This document shows, piece after piece, positions 1 through 13,466 of a stretch of DNA of 64,000 nucleotides. The notes below the pieces were generated by a model. It searched no databases and was not told the origin of the DNA. It worked only from the letters and a program-made list of their open reading frames with translations. Positions within the stretch are counted from its first letter, which is position 1; each line of letters starts with the position of its first letter. A program made the translations under genes and the position numbers. Source of the stretch: Azolla caroliniana (Eukaryota > Plantae > Polypodiophyta); the NCBI GenBank assembly GCA_043228905.1, contig JBHGNT010000017.1, positions 12,090,001 through 12,154,000 on the forward strand, written 5' to 3'.

Positions 1-1480
1 CAGGGGAGTGATCCCGGTTGTGATGCTCATACCATCCATTGTAATCTCGGTACTTGTCGTATCTCTTGTACCGGTCGTAGTTGTCTCGCCGATTGTCGTA
101 CCAAACATCTTGTGCCAATCGATATCGCTCCTCTCGTCGCCAGCGTTCGTCTTCTTCGTCTCGGCTACTACGTGGATCGATTTGCCGGACTGGTGGAGCT
201 TGCCGATTCAATAAGTTATATTCGCACCGGTCCATCGTGTGGCTCGTAGATTGGCAGAGTAAGCAGTGCGTCCGCATGGTGCACTCCATTGACGAGTGTC
301 CGGAATTCAAGCAGGTCGTGCATTGGATTGCTTGCCGGAAACAGAGATCCTCATCAGTTGGTAATGCTCGTTGGAGGGCTCCCATTGTTAGCCAAGAGCT
401 CGTTTTCTCCATTTCTCTAACCCGGTCGATGACCTGGTCGATGGTGCTTGTGCAAAAGTCGATGACCGTGCATACCGTTCGTAGAGGTTCCCGGAGCGCG
501 GCTAAAAATATAGCCCGCGTTTCTTCCTCTGGTGGTGCGCGGGTAAGCTGACTGTGCATCTGTTGAAACCGGATGACAAACTGTGGGATGCTCTCGTCGG
601 GGTCCTGCCGAATTGAATAAAATAAGCCCACCATTTCTCGCTGATCCACCTCCTTCTGGAAGAAGTGCAAGAATTTGTCTTTCAGGTCCGCAAAGGTGGT
701 GATGGTGCTACGATCCTACGTCCGGTGCCATCTGGCGGCCGGTCCTTCGAATGTCACGCCGAATTTGGCTATCTTCGATCGTTCCTCTTCTGCCGCGATT
801 AACCGTTGTGACACATGGTTCGCTTCCCATGTTTGTTCAAACGCGTGAACATGAGCCTCTGTGTCCGGATCATCCCGATACTTGGAGTACTGGAACGGCA
901 TATTGTCGTCTGGTGTCGGTACACGAGCTGGCGGTGTCGGTGGTCTTTCTTTTTGTTCCGTCGGCGTCTGAGGTCTTAGCCGGTCTTCCTTTGGTGTTGC
1001 CGACTCAACTTCTGGTGTTGGAGGTTTTTGTCGGTGCACTTCCGTCTCCGGAGGTTGCTCCACGACGAGTGCCGGAGGTTCTCGGTCTGCCAACTCAGGT
1101 TCCGGTGTCGGTAAAGTATCCGACTCCTTGTCCTCCGGTCCTCCTGGGGTGTCGTTACTGCTGCGATAGTTCGTATGCGCGCTGTAACCCCCTTCCGAAT
1201 CCGACTCCAGCGCTGAAAATGCTTCGGATTTGCCGTCTCTTCCGGCCAAGGCCTAGAGAAGGGTTTCCGCTTCTCGAAGGCTGCTTAAGCTGCTTCCTTC
1301 GTCCGGGTAGGCGTTTTGTTGCAGACAGAGCGACTCCTCCGCCACTTTCCGGATCACTTTGGAAAATGATCGATCTGTTCGGATTTCTTCCGCTGCTTGC
1401 TGGAAAGCCTCTCGCCGCCATCTCCGTTCAGCAAGTCTTCGTGCTCTCTCCGTAACCGGGTCGTCTGTTGGCCTAGTCAT
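1..1480 (-). pseudogene. Gypsy gag with two CCHC zinc knuckles, interrupted by in-frame stops
   Basis: ORFs 1253-1480 and 716-1249 are in frame. Reading through the stops gives a retrotransposon gag core (AHVHAFEQTW...ARWH...LKDKFLHFF) and knuckles CTTCLNSGHSSMEC and CLLCQSTSHTMDRC. Similar to the gag at ~43830. Confidence 0.75.
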
Positions 1481-1535
1481 CTATTCCTGGCGTTGTTCAC
1501 TGCGATTATGCAGGAATCGTGGTCGCCAAAAACTG

Positions 1536-1932
1536 TGTTATTGCTAGGGCCAGACAACAGCCTAACATAGGGTGTCCACTTAAGACACGTCACCAAAGGG
1601 TGGTACGGCAGAATGACTTATGGCACAACGCTTAATTAGACCTTAATCGATTATTTAGCCATCCGTAATTAACACATGTAAGATATAACATTGAATATAG
1701 AACGGTAATCAACACTGGAAGATTAAGACAATAAGCTTTATTAATTATCCGCTCCTGATTACATTGTAACTGGGCCTTTATATAGGTCTCCGGTGCGAAA
1801 TACAAAACGGTGCCAACCGGCACCTTTACGGGATCATTCCGGATCCGGATCGGCATACCCATTCCGGTCCGTCCATCCACATCTTCTTATATAATGATAT
1901 ATATATATATATTAAGACTACTAATTACAACA
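1536..1932 (-). repeat. 5' LTR of the left-edge Gypsy element
   Basis: Terminal TGTT/AACA with adjacent PBS; partner LTR lies outside the window. Confidence 0.6.
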
Positions 1933-3801
1933 GTTCCCGAATAACTATTCCTTTCACACTCTGGTTTGGACCTCCTTAAGCCTTCTTGTCGGCTGGTAAC
2001 AGAATTCACCAAGGATGTTTTGGATCATATCATCCCAAATAGTGCGTCTTGCTCACAGTCGAAAAACCCTCGTAATGACTATCGTCAGTTCTATTGGCAT
2101 GGTGGTTTTCTATTTCGACAAAACCTATTGTATGTTCCTGATTGTTCTCCACGACTACAAGTTTTACACCATTTCCATGACTCACCAATGGTTGGTCATT
2201 TTGGAGTTTGCAAAACTCTAGAATTAGTTTCTCGACACTATTGGTGGTCTCACCTTCATCATTTTGTTGAGGAGTATGTTCGTAGTTGTGATACATGTTG
2301 TTGATCAAAGAGTCCTCGACACCAATCCTATGGCTTACTCCAACCACTTCCCATTTCGGAAAATCCTTGGAAGTCTATATCCTTGGATTTCATTACCGAT
2401 CTCCTAGTTTCAAAAGGTTTTGATGCAATTCTAATGGTGGTTGATTGACTTACAAAAATGGCACATTTCTTGCCATGTACAAAGTCTATTACTAGTCAAG
2501 AGGTGGTCGATCTCGTTATGCGGGAGGTATTTAGGCATCATGGTCTGCCAGATGATATTATTAGTGATCGTGGTCCACAATTCATCTCAAAGTTTTGGAA
2601 GCACATGTTAAAACTTCTCCACATTTCGGCTAAGCTTTCTTCGGGCTATCATCCCGAGACGAATGGCCAAACTGAGCGTACCAACCAAACTTTGGAGCAA
2701 TATCCTCGTTGTTTCATCAACTACCAACAAGATGATTGGGTTGACTTTTTGCACTTGATTGAATTTGCTTACAACAATTCAGTGCATTCTTCTACATGAT
2801 ATTCTCCATTTTTCACAAATATGGGGTGTCAACCTTGCTACTGAGGATCCTCTTAGTCGCCTCCAAGAAATTCACGCTACCATTCTCCACAATTTGCATG
2901 ATGCTCAAGTTACACACAAGTGGCTTGCGGATTGTCATCGCCTAGACTCCTCAAAAACTTTCTGTGTTGGGGAACGTATATGGCTTCTCCAACACAACAT
3001 CAAGACCACTCATCCTTGTACTAAATTGGATTACCAACGTTTTGGCCCTTACATGATCATTAGTAAGATAAGTGATGTTTTGGACTCCCTCCGCACATCG
3101 TCTTCATCCGGTGTTTCATGTATCCCTTTTGGAACCTTACACCACAAGTTCAATTCTCGGCCATCTTACAACACCCCCACCACCTGTTGAGTTCTTGGAA
3201 GGACCCGAATTTGAGGTTGTTGTCATTCTCGATTCTAAAATCGTGTGAAACAACTTGTATTACTTGGTTGATTGGTTAGGCTATATCCTTAATGATCGAA
3301 CTTGGAAACCAATAGCAAATCTTTCCAATGCCACGGACATGGTCACCACATTTCATCACCAATATCCTCATAAACCAGGTCGTAGTACTAACTACCGTAA
3401 GACCCTTGAGACGTGTCGTCAAAGAAAGGGGATAGTGTCATGATGACACTCACATTATGCCTTGAAAGGATTTGAACCCACGACCTTGTTATACACATGT
3501 CAAATCCTTAACCATTGTAATAATATGTTTATATGTATAGTTTTTAGAATATATCATAGGAATATTCTATATTACTCTACATTCTAGAATGACCTAGAAT
3601 ATTCTAGAGTGTTCTACATACTAGAACCTTCTAGAATACTCTAGAAACCTTTTAGATTACTCTACATTCTAGAATGACCTAGAATATTCTAGAGTGTTCT
3701 ATATTACTTATAAATAGGGATCTATCAATCATCCCAAAACTAAATTGGTTCAGCGCCATTCTATAGCACTCTGTTGCCTACTTTCTGTAATCCGTTTTAC
3801 A
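1933..3801 (+). mobile_element. Degenerate chromovirus (Ty3/Gypsy, Tcn1-like): integrase, chromodomain and 3' LTR
   Basis: HHCC zinc finger (HDSPMVGH...CDTC), integrase core (IISDRGPQF...HPETNGQTER) and chromodomain (YLVDWLGY...RTWKP...FH), with stops and frameshifts. PPT AAAGAAAGGGGATAG at 3421-3435, then a TG...CA LTR. Confidence 0.85.
3436..3801 (+). repeat. 3' LTR of the chromovirus, with TTCTAGAA-rich repeats, a TATA box and an antisense tRNA-like segment
   Basis: Starts TGTCA directly after the PPT, ends TTTTACA; TATAAATA near 3708. Confidence 0.7.
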
Positions 3802-6800
3802 TTGCAATATAATATTTCCCTTTGGATTCTCTCTCTCTCTCTCTCTCTTGATAGTGGCCGAACAGGCCACAGAGCCAAGGGCTAGAATTGTCAGCCGAGC
3901 TTAAACTGGATGAGCCGGACCAAGTGGAGAGCCTCATGGCAATTTTGGAGGAGGAATAAGTGTATCATAGCATTTTCGATTCTTTCATATTTTCAATTTC
4001 AATTGTTTTGGTTGGTCATGGGTTCGACGTGCAAGGCACTATCCCACGGGTGTGCCGGTTGTTATCTGTGGGACAAAAGGCACGAGGTGTGGAAAGAATC
4101 TTAAAGAAAGAGTGTGAAAAGGAACGAGTAGGTGAAGTGTGAAAAGAGGAAAAGAGTCGAACACTAGCAGTTGAAGGGGAAGGTAACCAAAATACATGCA
4201 GTTGTGAATAAAGGCCGAGGATCAGGAAGGAGTAGTGGAAGTGCGACAAGAGGAGAGGAGGCTATATCAATCAAGATGTAGCAAAAGCAAAAAAAAGAAA
4301 GAATAGATATCTCTAATTCGAGCTAGAATGCCTAAGTTTTAGATCTGTAGTATGAGAGTGAGAGGTACCGACTTTACTCGGTTTTGTAATACCAATGTAT
4401 CATTTATTTAGTAATCAATTTCATACACTTTTTGGCTTCATCCCTGTGCTTGTTTCATCTTAAGTTTTATTGTGGTGTTATCCGTTTTATAAGTCGTGAG
4501 TCCGAATCGGTTGTAGCCGATTCTCAAAGTGTCCAACCGAGGAAGGTGTAACATTTGGCCCCTACTCGGCCCTACCCTAGTCTCTTACATGACCACGATT
4601 CCTTGACCCGATTACTTGAAGGCAAGACGGATTGATTTTGATGTAATGCCTTATTGTAAGACAACCACAAGCGTAACAAATATAGCCATAGAGGTGATGC
4701 AAGAGATGGTTTTTTACTCTAGACTATTAGTGAGAGGGACAAGAACGGTTCAAGACATTTACTTTCATCGCCAAATCGATGAAATAAAAGTTTTCCTCTC
4801 AATAATAAAGAAATATTTTGGTTTTTAAATGTGCAAAATTGAAAATATTGAAAAAGAAATGTCATAAAGTTAATTAATTTTGAAAATCAATTAAATGAAA
4901 ATGGAATTAGGTAAGAAGATGAGCCAATAACTAGGTCATGGCAGGAGTTTCGTTAGAGTTTGACACTTTTGGGCAAATGGAGAGTTTCGTTGACTCGAAC
5001 CTTCCTGCCCCGATGGACCCACTCTTGTTTCACACACTTATGCGTATCTTCATGACAACATTTTTTCAGTAGTCCATTTGGAACCGACTTTTTATATTTT
5101 GGATGATTTTGATAGAATAGAATCACAATGTATTAAGGTAACCACCAACTTTTTTGACTTTTGTTTCTTCTTATCCTCTTTAAAATGGTCTCTTAATGAT
5201 TGTCTCCAATTTGAAGAAATCCTTGGACTCGTGTACCGACTTTTTCTCAGGTTTGAAATTTTGCGTTTTGTTTTTGCATACAATTTTCATGGTTGTCATA
5301 TCCATGTAAAGTGTAGCATCTCAAATGCTTATTGGAAATGAGCAACGCTAGCAATTTGACAAATGGAAATGTAGATGATGAATTTGTATTGGAATAACAA
5401 TGCAATAAGGAAAGTGTTTTTTATTAAATGTAGTAAGGTTTACAATAATAGATTATATGACTATTTAGCACCTTTTAGATTGTAGTAAGGTTCAAGCATT
5501 TAGATATTGATGTGATTTCAACAATTCATTATGTTCTAGGTACCAGAATTTGGTGTTTACGATCTTGTCTTTCTTATTGTGCTTGAAGGCAAGTATTATT
5601 CCATTTTGTCTTCAACCACTTCTAACGTCCTTCCAAACTCTAATAATATTACATTTTGAGTGTTCACGCACGTTGAACATGTTCTGAAAAAGATTGCCAC
5701 ATTCACAATAAAAGGAATATAATTGATATGTAAGGAGAGTGGAGTTGGCAACAATGTTATAAAGGTTTTTTATGCGTTTGGTGAAGCTATTTTGAAGATA
5801 ATTTATGCAATGAAAGAGCACAAATCTTAGTGTACACATAAAAAATTGTTCGAGGCTCTCCCATTACATAATGTGGGAACTTCTTGTGCCCTAAACTAAA
5901 ATATGGAAAACAAAAATATCTTAATCTACAATCATAATTCCCAAATTTTAGGTTTAATTCTTCAACCTCAATATTGATAGAGAAATGAAATGCGTGGTCT
6001 AAATTCCATGTTCAAAGGGACCATTTGAAACTAGAGTTTATGTGCTTTATTCGTTAAGGTCCTAGGAGAAATTGATTCATTGTTTTAGAATTACCTTCAA
6101 TATTGATGCATATATTGAAGAGAGAGAGAGAGGAGGGTGTGTGTAAGTGAAGGGACCTTTTCAGTGCACAAATATTGGTTCATCTTTGTCTCGAATATGT
6201 TGAAAGACGTAGACAATGGCTTTCTATACTTTCAACTAAAGTGATCTTGACTCTATCCATGTGTAAATACTACAAATACTTTTTTAATATGACCAAGAGA
6301 GAAGAGACACCTCATGACGTTAACTTGCCTGCACATGAATAATTCGATGAGATATTTTTGTAGTTTGACAATGTATTTTATTGATTAGATTGTGGATGAG
6401 CTTTATGAGAAAGGTGTTGAGTTTCTTAGAACATTGGCTCCTACTTGTACAAAGTAGGAGTTTCTTGAAATTTGGGTAGAAGAAGATTCCATTCACCACC
6501 GAATAAATTTATAGATTTGTGTTGAATTTTGTGCCCAAGTGGTATACAAAAGTATACGCAAGGTGTTGAAGATTTCGAGTACGTAGGGAGTGGGGTGTAT
6601 AGCGTGCACATGATTTGGTGAGCTTTCCAAGGGGGGGAAGGGGGGGGGAGTCCTTAGTAAAACATCTCAACTTTCAAGCTTCTAAAGCTTACACAAAGAC
6701 AATCTCCTCGAGAACAAATGAATGAAGAGTGGGACGGAAGGAAGGACGTCAAATTTTGGGAATCGAGTTCATTATTTCGCTTACTACAGATACCAAGAGG

Positions 6801-7167
6801 TTAGACTGAAGTGATAGTCGTAGCAGTAGTAGTAGTAGTACACACTACACACACATGCGCGCGTAAGACAAAGAGGAGGGTCGCCAAATTACTACAAAAA
6901 GTATGAGTTGTGTGTTTTATGTGTACAGAAAAAGACAGAGAAAAGGGGAGGGAGGGTTGAGTTGGTGAGCCCCCACCCCCCCCACACACACCGCTCCTGA
7001 GTCTTCCCTCCCTTTTCACCCATCCATTATACATACATACATGAATCATGATTGATTACATCCATTCATACATAGATAGATGGAGACACGGAGTAACTTG
7101 GTGGGACCATCCATTCAAGAAGAGAGCAGGGGAGGGAGACAGCAAGTTAGTTAGAGATGGAGGGGAG

Positions 7168-9233
7168 TTAAACTTTGCTTAATGCAGAGGAGGGGGTCGG
7201 GGTGTTAAATGAGTGGTCATCATCTGCCGCCTCATGCTTGACAAAGTTGCCCCAAAACCAATGGGCCCTCCAAACGTGGACCATGTGGTCGATGGGGATG
7301 CCTTTGGTCTCCGGCAGGAAGAGCAGTGTGAAGAGTCCCATGACAGCCAGCCAACCCCCGAAGAAGAGGAAGATGCCGAACTTGAAGGCACAGAGCATGG
7401 ACAGGAATGTCTGGGCGATGATGAACTTGAAGAGCATGTTGGTGAACACCGTTATGCTCTGCGCTGCCGATCGGATGTCCTGCGGGAAGATCTCGCTGGG
7501 TATGAGCCACGCGAACGGCCCCCACGACCCTTTGTACACTCCCACGAACAGGCACACAGCCGCTAATTCCACGGCCGCCCCGCCCTTTGACAGCTTCTTG
7601 GATGTGGGTGTGATTTGCATCCCGAAGATTATCGCAATTGTTACCTGTGTATCAATCCAACCACCCAAAGGAATCACATCACACCCACATTATTATTACA
7701 TTCAGTAAATTCCAAAAATAAATAGGTCCTCATCAATTAGTACCCACCCCACCCACCATCCATACAACTAACTAAGGTGCTCCCAACAACATGTACCACA
7801 CACACACACAATTAACATGAACTTAATTAACTTGGGAGGTGCGGTGCATCCATCATCAATTACTTACCATGCACAAAAACATGATCAATGACGAGATTAG
7901 CAGAATGGTCCTTCGGCCCGCCTTGTCCACTATGAAGATGGAAATGACGGTCCCCACCACAGCTACGCTCCCTGTGATCACTGTGGAATACAACGATGCT
8001 TGGGCGCCTAGGCCTGCAGCTTTAAATAGGAATGGACCATAGAAGAGGATGGCATCATTCCCGGAGAATTGCTGGAAGAAAGGTAATGCGATCGCCATCA
8101 CTACTTGTGGTGTGTTACGCTTCTTCAACAGATTCCGGAATGCTTTGCGTGGATCCATGAGTGCCGCCTCATCCACTGCCTTCACGAGCTCCTTGTACTC
8201 TCTCTCAATGTCTCGGTGTCCTCTCACCTTCACCAACACTTGCTTGGCTCTCTCGTGCTCGTTACGTCGGATCAGATGGCTCGGCGTGTCCACCAGGAAA
8301 AGGCCCGCGAATGTAATGGATATTGCTGGGACCCCCGCCATTGCGAGCGAGAGGCGCCACCCCCATGGATGGATGTGTGCGGCCAGGTAGTTCACCAGGT
8401 TCCCAGCAAAGATGCCAAACGCGATGTTGATGGAGAACATCATGTTTAAGCCACCCCGGTAGCTAGGTGGAGCAATCTCCGACAAATACAGGGGAATCGC
8501 CTGTGCAGTCAATACCAACCACATATTAAGCAAAGCAAAACTCCATTCTTTATATAGCCCGCCATCCTGTATTGATTATGCATTACATAACACACATACA
8601 TACATACATAACCATTCTACAATGTATATGAATACCTGATTTGCAAAGCCAAGGCCAATGCCAAGCAAGATACGGCCAAGAATGAGCATCTCGAGATTCT
8701 CCGCTCCTGTTCCGAGGGCAGTCCCAGTGAGGAAGAAGAGCCCAGCCAAGAGCATACTGGCCCTATGGCCCCGTTTCCTCGTCACAATGCCGGCCCCAAA
8801 CGTTGCCAACAATGCCGCCAGGTAGAGGGAGGAAGTGTAGAGCTGGAAGACCTGGTTGTTGTATTTGCAGTAGTTGTCCTGGACTGCACTCTGTTCCGAG
8901 GCATAGACACTAGGGTAGAATTTCTGGAGGAACTCCGGCATGATAGAAACCCCTCCTGATATGCATACATGTATATACGGTTGTTTGTGTGGTGTTGTCA
9001 TGATGGGAAAAGCAGAACTAGATAAAACATACATCTATGTATAGTAAATTAATTAAGAAGGAATTCGGAGCACACACACGACAAGAGCAACGACATATAC
9101 CTGCAACAACGAGGTCATAGCCATACATGAGGCCACCAGAGCCAGCAAGGAAGCAAGTGAAGAAGACATAAGGGGTGATTGTCCTGGGCAGCTCAGTGGC
9201 CGTGGTGCCGTCCTCCATAGACAGGCCGGTCAT
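7168..9233 (-). CDS. STP: Sugar transport protein (STP/MST family hexose-H+ symporter, MFS), 4 exons, 520 aa
   Basis: Exons 9233-9101, 8955-8636, 8500-7868 and 7644-7168 (133+320+633+477 = 1563 nt) with GT-AG introns and an open frame. Motifs GYD, GRILLG.G.GFANQ, PLYLSEIAP, WGWRLSL, DKAGRR, SWGP..WL.PSE and LPETKG; exon layout typical of plant STPs. Confidence 0.95.
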
Positions 9234-10099
9234 GGCGATTACCAGCAAACTAGAACAGTAGACTGTGGAATGGAGTCAAGATAAGATATCTTTGGTGATG
9301 ATATATGTATATATGTTATTGATTTAGATTTAGATTTTTAGATTTAGATCTAGATTTAGATAGCACCTCCTCCACCACTGCTAACTGCTAGCAGCTGGCT
9401 AGCTATGTGAAACTTCTTGTTGCAGCTGCTTTCTTTAATATGTATATGGATAGGATAAGTGGTTTATGTACTTGGGGATGGAAGAGGAGGGAGGGAGGTG
9501 CTTTAAATCTAAAAAATCCACTTGGAATTTACCGTTAATTCCACGTAGGTAAGGACGGTACCTAGACTACTACTACTGGTCAGGTCAAAAAAAGGAGGAA
9601 ATTGAGCGCTGATGTCATGCATGCTCCATGTTCATTCTCATTTCTACATATTTTGCTAGATTTCATTTGCTTTTACGTTTGCTTTATAATAATCAGCTAT
9701 TTATTATTTATGTACATATTAAACATATGTATGTATATGTACATGGCCAGCTTACTATGTATAACCTTTCTTAATGTTTTATTATGATGCATGCATATCC
9801 ATCCATCCATCCCTCCCTCCCTCTTTCGCGTTTCTTCTTTTCGTGGTCGTCAGTGTTGATCGGTTCTCCCTGTTTTTTTGACTGAACCCACCCCAACCCC
9901 ACCTTACTCAACAAAATGAGTTGAAAAAGTCTGTCAGCCCTCCCTCCCTTTATTTACCCCCGTCGCTGCTGACGAACATGAGTGAAGAGTCAAATGTTAT
10001 CTTCTCTTTACAGCTCCCTTTTTTACCACATGATTTTTCTTTTTTCCTTTTTCCCCTTTTTCTTTGGGTGGGGGGGGGGACCAAGCAAACGTAACCAAA

Positions 10100-10270
10100 G
10101 AAAGCAATAAAGAAGAAGAAGAGAGAGAGAGAGAGAAAGATCTAGTATCTATGCTAATCTATGTGTCTCCTGTTCTCACATCCCATCCATCGGTCAATCA
10201 ATTAGCAAGCATCCATCCATCCATGCATGCACGTATGTATGTATGTATGTATGTATGTATATGTATGCAT
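10100..10270. repeat. Microsatellite cluster (GAA, GA, CATC, GTAT) upstream of STP
   Basis: Directly visible simple repeats. Confidence 0.7.
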
Positions 10271-10874
10271 GGGATGGGCCCTTTCTTTCTTGCCCTGTGC
10301 ATGAGGAGGAGATGGAGGACCCCCTCTATCTGTCTCTGTGCACGTCACTTCAGTTCACATCGTGACTCATACTCCACTTCCTTCTGGCCAGGGCGGGATT
10401 TTGATTTCTTACCTACCACGTCGTTGTTTGATGCGTGTGGTGATGGATTCCATTCCATCCAACCTATATATATGTATAATGTATATATATCCTATGAGGA
10501 AGTGGTCCTTCACAAACTTCCAATGAATCAGCATTTCCCTCATCAATTAATTATTTTTCAACCACACAAACATACACATAGTTTTCTGTCTGCCCCGTCA
10601 TCTTGTTATATTTCTATTCAACATATACATACATAGATTGACGTAGATCAAGTTAGCATTTAACTCTAGTTCTTTCTACAATAAGGATTGGTTCACACAC
10701 TCCCCAAAGTGAGATACATAGGATACCAAAAGTCTAAGTAACATCAAAGGGTGGTGAACATCATACCATTCTCTTACGATTCTCATGTTAATCCTGATTC
10801 TCATCATTTTTGAAGGTGATGTGTTGAATTGAAAAAAAAAAAATTCAGCAAGAACCTAGGCAACCGTACCAATC

Positions 10875-11002
10875 AATGGATATTAGCCTATTTGGGAAAT
10901 CTCTCTCTTTTTACTTGATATTGTAATTGGTTTACCCTAAATGGATATTAGCCTATTTGGGAAATCTCTCTTTTTACTTGATATTGTAATTGGTTTACCC
11001 TA
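10875..11002. repeat. Tandem duplication of ~64 bp
   Basis: AATGGATATTAGCCTATTTGGGAAATCTCTC...GGTTTACCCTA occurs twice back to back. Confidence 0.85.
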
Positions 11003-11399
11003 GTGGTAAGTTGTAACACTACTAGCACTACATATCTCTTATTTACTAGATGCCACTATAAAATGTACCTTACCATGTGAGCTACATCCATATGGGAAAT
11101 CTCTCTCTCTCTCTCTAGAAACCAGACAATTAAATTAATTGTATGTAAAAACCATACAATATTACTACAATATTACAACCCTCCTTCCATACATAGAGAG
11201 AGGGACATTCCCAAGTACAATCATAGAAGTTGAATACTCACACAAAGAAATAGTTCCCACGTGAGCTACCATCATCCACATTTGTCACATACTCCTAGTC
11301 TTCCATCAAACATGAAAATGATGCGCATATTACAATCATGCTATAACCGTCAATACTTTAAAACTTTGTAATATGATCTCTCTCTCTCTCTCTAAAAGC

Positions 11400-13162
11400 A
11401 CATCATTATATATTAATTGTATGTAAAATCCACTTGTTACTACTTCTCAGTCTCCCCTACCTACCTATGTAGGGAGATGGACATCAAGTAACATCATTAA
11501 AAAACTTAAATAGGCACTTTGAAGAAATGAGCCCCACATGCTCCAACATCCAAAAATTCCAATATGCACTTGTATATTGTCCTCCAATGGAATGGTCAAA
11601 TGAAGCATGTACCTAATCCTAGTTCTTGTCTCTTTAAGGTTGAACCTAATGGGAGCCCACCAATCACGACTGTCCATATGGATACCTTTGCACGAAATGG
11701 CATATGAGCGTGGTTGTTGCTATATTTGCCACCACCTTACATTTATTTGACTTACATACATTCCACATCTTTTTGGTTGTAGGTGATAGTCAAGATACTG
11801 ATGTCGTTGCATGATGATACGATATATTTGTAGTGAGATGTGAACCATCCTTTAATTGCCAATCCACCCAAGGCACACCATTTATTTTCATTTGCAAATA
11901 TCTATGCAACAATTTTATATCTTGTAATTTCTCCTAAATAAATATATAATTTGGGAGAATACATAACCATCGTTTAGCATCTTCAAATTTCAATAACCTT
12001 TGAGATTCATTATCAACCACATCTCCCAAATCTAGAACCCTCAATTTAAATAAATGATTGAATTGAGATCTTAGCTTTTCTTTTCCATACGAATACTCGA
12101 GAAGCATGATAAATTCATTTTGTAATGAATTACAAAGTTCTCAATCACTTGATGGTTCCCACTCAAAAAAAGATACTGCATCTACAATGACCTTACCAAT
12201 TGGTGTCTACATACAAAATGTTGAATCCTTAGAGGAATACATCCATTGAGCAATGACCACCACGATGCTTGAATCTTTGTTATCCCATGCACTAATCCTT
12301 CATGCTCCAATGTTTGTAATGTGTTCTTAGTCCAAGGGAGAACAGAATAGCATGGGTATCATATACATTGCACCACTTTCAGTCATACATGGAATGACCA
12401 TAATTGAGATATCCAATACGTAAATTTGTCCTTCAATTCACTACCAATCTAGTCAATCAGTTGAACATTTGCAACATCAACACCCAATGGATGCCCTAGA
12501 TGTCAATAAATTGATCCTTGTGCATTCACTAACCTTTGCCATCCCAAATATTCCAAATCACTCTAGGTACACGTAATAAGGCGAGACTTCCTCCAATTTA
12601 TATGCAACCCTGAAAGCAAAGCAAATTGATCCCAAAATTACATATTCCTTTCAAGATTTTCTTTTGTGTCTTATAAAAGCATAACAGAATCATCAAGCAA
12701 TGCTTGTGCCACCAATTGTCCAACAAAGGAAGATGCAAACACACAATATCACAACTTGCACACTCCTTCCAAGTTTTTCATTTGAGGCTTATAAAACCAT
12801 AAATGAATCATCATCTAATTTTTGTGCCACCAAATGATCTCAAACTTACATACTCCTTTCAAGTTTTTATTTTGAGGCTTATGAAAACATAAAAGAACCA
12901 TCAACAATGCTTGTGCCCCGAATTGTCCAACCAAAGGAAGATGCAAAGCCACAATATCACTACTAGTTCTAGGTTTGGGCAACATTACCAACAAAGGATG
13001 TGGAGTAATAGCAAATAACAATGGACTTAGTGGACATCCTTGCCACATGGATCTAATAAGAGTAACTTCGCGAGTAACTCCATCATTAAGCACCACACAA
13101 GATGTTAAATTTTTCATTGCAAAAATGAAAAGTTGAAATATAAGATGAGAAAACCCTATAAT
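11400..13162 (-). mobile_element. Degenerate LINE (L1-like), ORF2 RT C-terminal part
   Basis: RSMWQGCPLSPLLFAI motif (12815-13117); local duplications at 12690-12965; left boundary approximate. Confidence 0.65.
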
Positions 13163-13167
13163 ATATA

Positions 13168-13466
13168 TGAAAATAAAATGAGGAGCAAGAGTGGCTGAGA
13201 TGCAGTGGAAGGACTGTGTGTGTGTGTGTGTGTGTATGTATGCACGTAAGGCAAAACAGAGAGAGAGAGAGAGAGAGCTTCAGACAAAGATAAAAGACTG
13301 TATATTACATTAACCAGAAATACTTGTAACTAAGTTACAAGGGGTTGGTTTAAATACCAACTAAACTAGGGCAAGTGCCCTTTTTACTATTTACAAAACT
13401 AGCCTGGTATGACCATGAGCTAGTGTGAAACCTATTACTATGGGAAGTTGAGTTCGATTCTCAACA
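13168..13466 (-). repeat. Copia A 3' LTR
   Basis: Near-identical to 23185-23477; TG...CA termini. Confidence 0.9.

Larger units (their letters stand above)
1..1932 (-). mobile_element. 5' part of a non-chromovirus Ty3/Gypsy LTR retrotransposon (5' LTR, PBS, gag); continues past the left window edge
   Basis: TGTT...AACA-bounded LTR at ~1536-1932, a PBS-like TGGCGACCAC on the minus strand at 1519-1528, then a gag ORF. Inserted into the chromovirus remnant that resumes at 1933. Confidence 0.8.

Noticed and set aside
3849-4589. Possible solo LTR (TG...ACA followed by PBS-like GACCACGATTCC)
   Set aside because: No matching TSD or partner LTR in the window; boundaries unsupported.
6438-6460. Inverted repeat CTCCTACTT-GTACA-AAGTAGGAG
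   Set aside because: Single short hairpin with no supporting context.
7175-8449. Plus-strand ORFs antisense to STP exons
   Set aside because: Shadow ORFs of GC-rich coding sequence.
10064-10636. 190-aa ORF upstream of STP
   Set aside because: Built from microsatellites (GA, CATC, GTAT) with no protein-like features.
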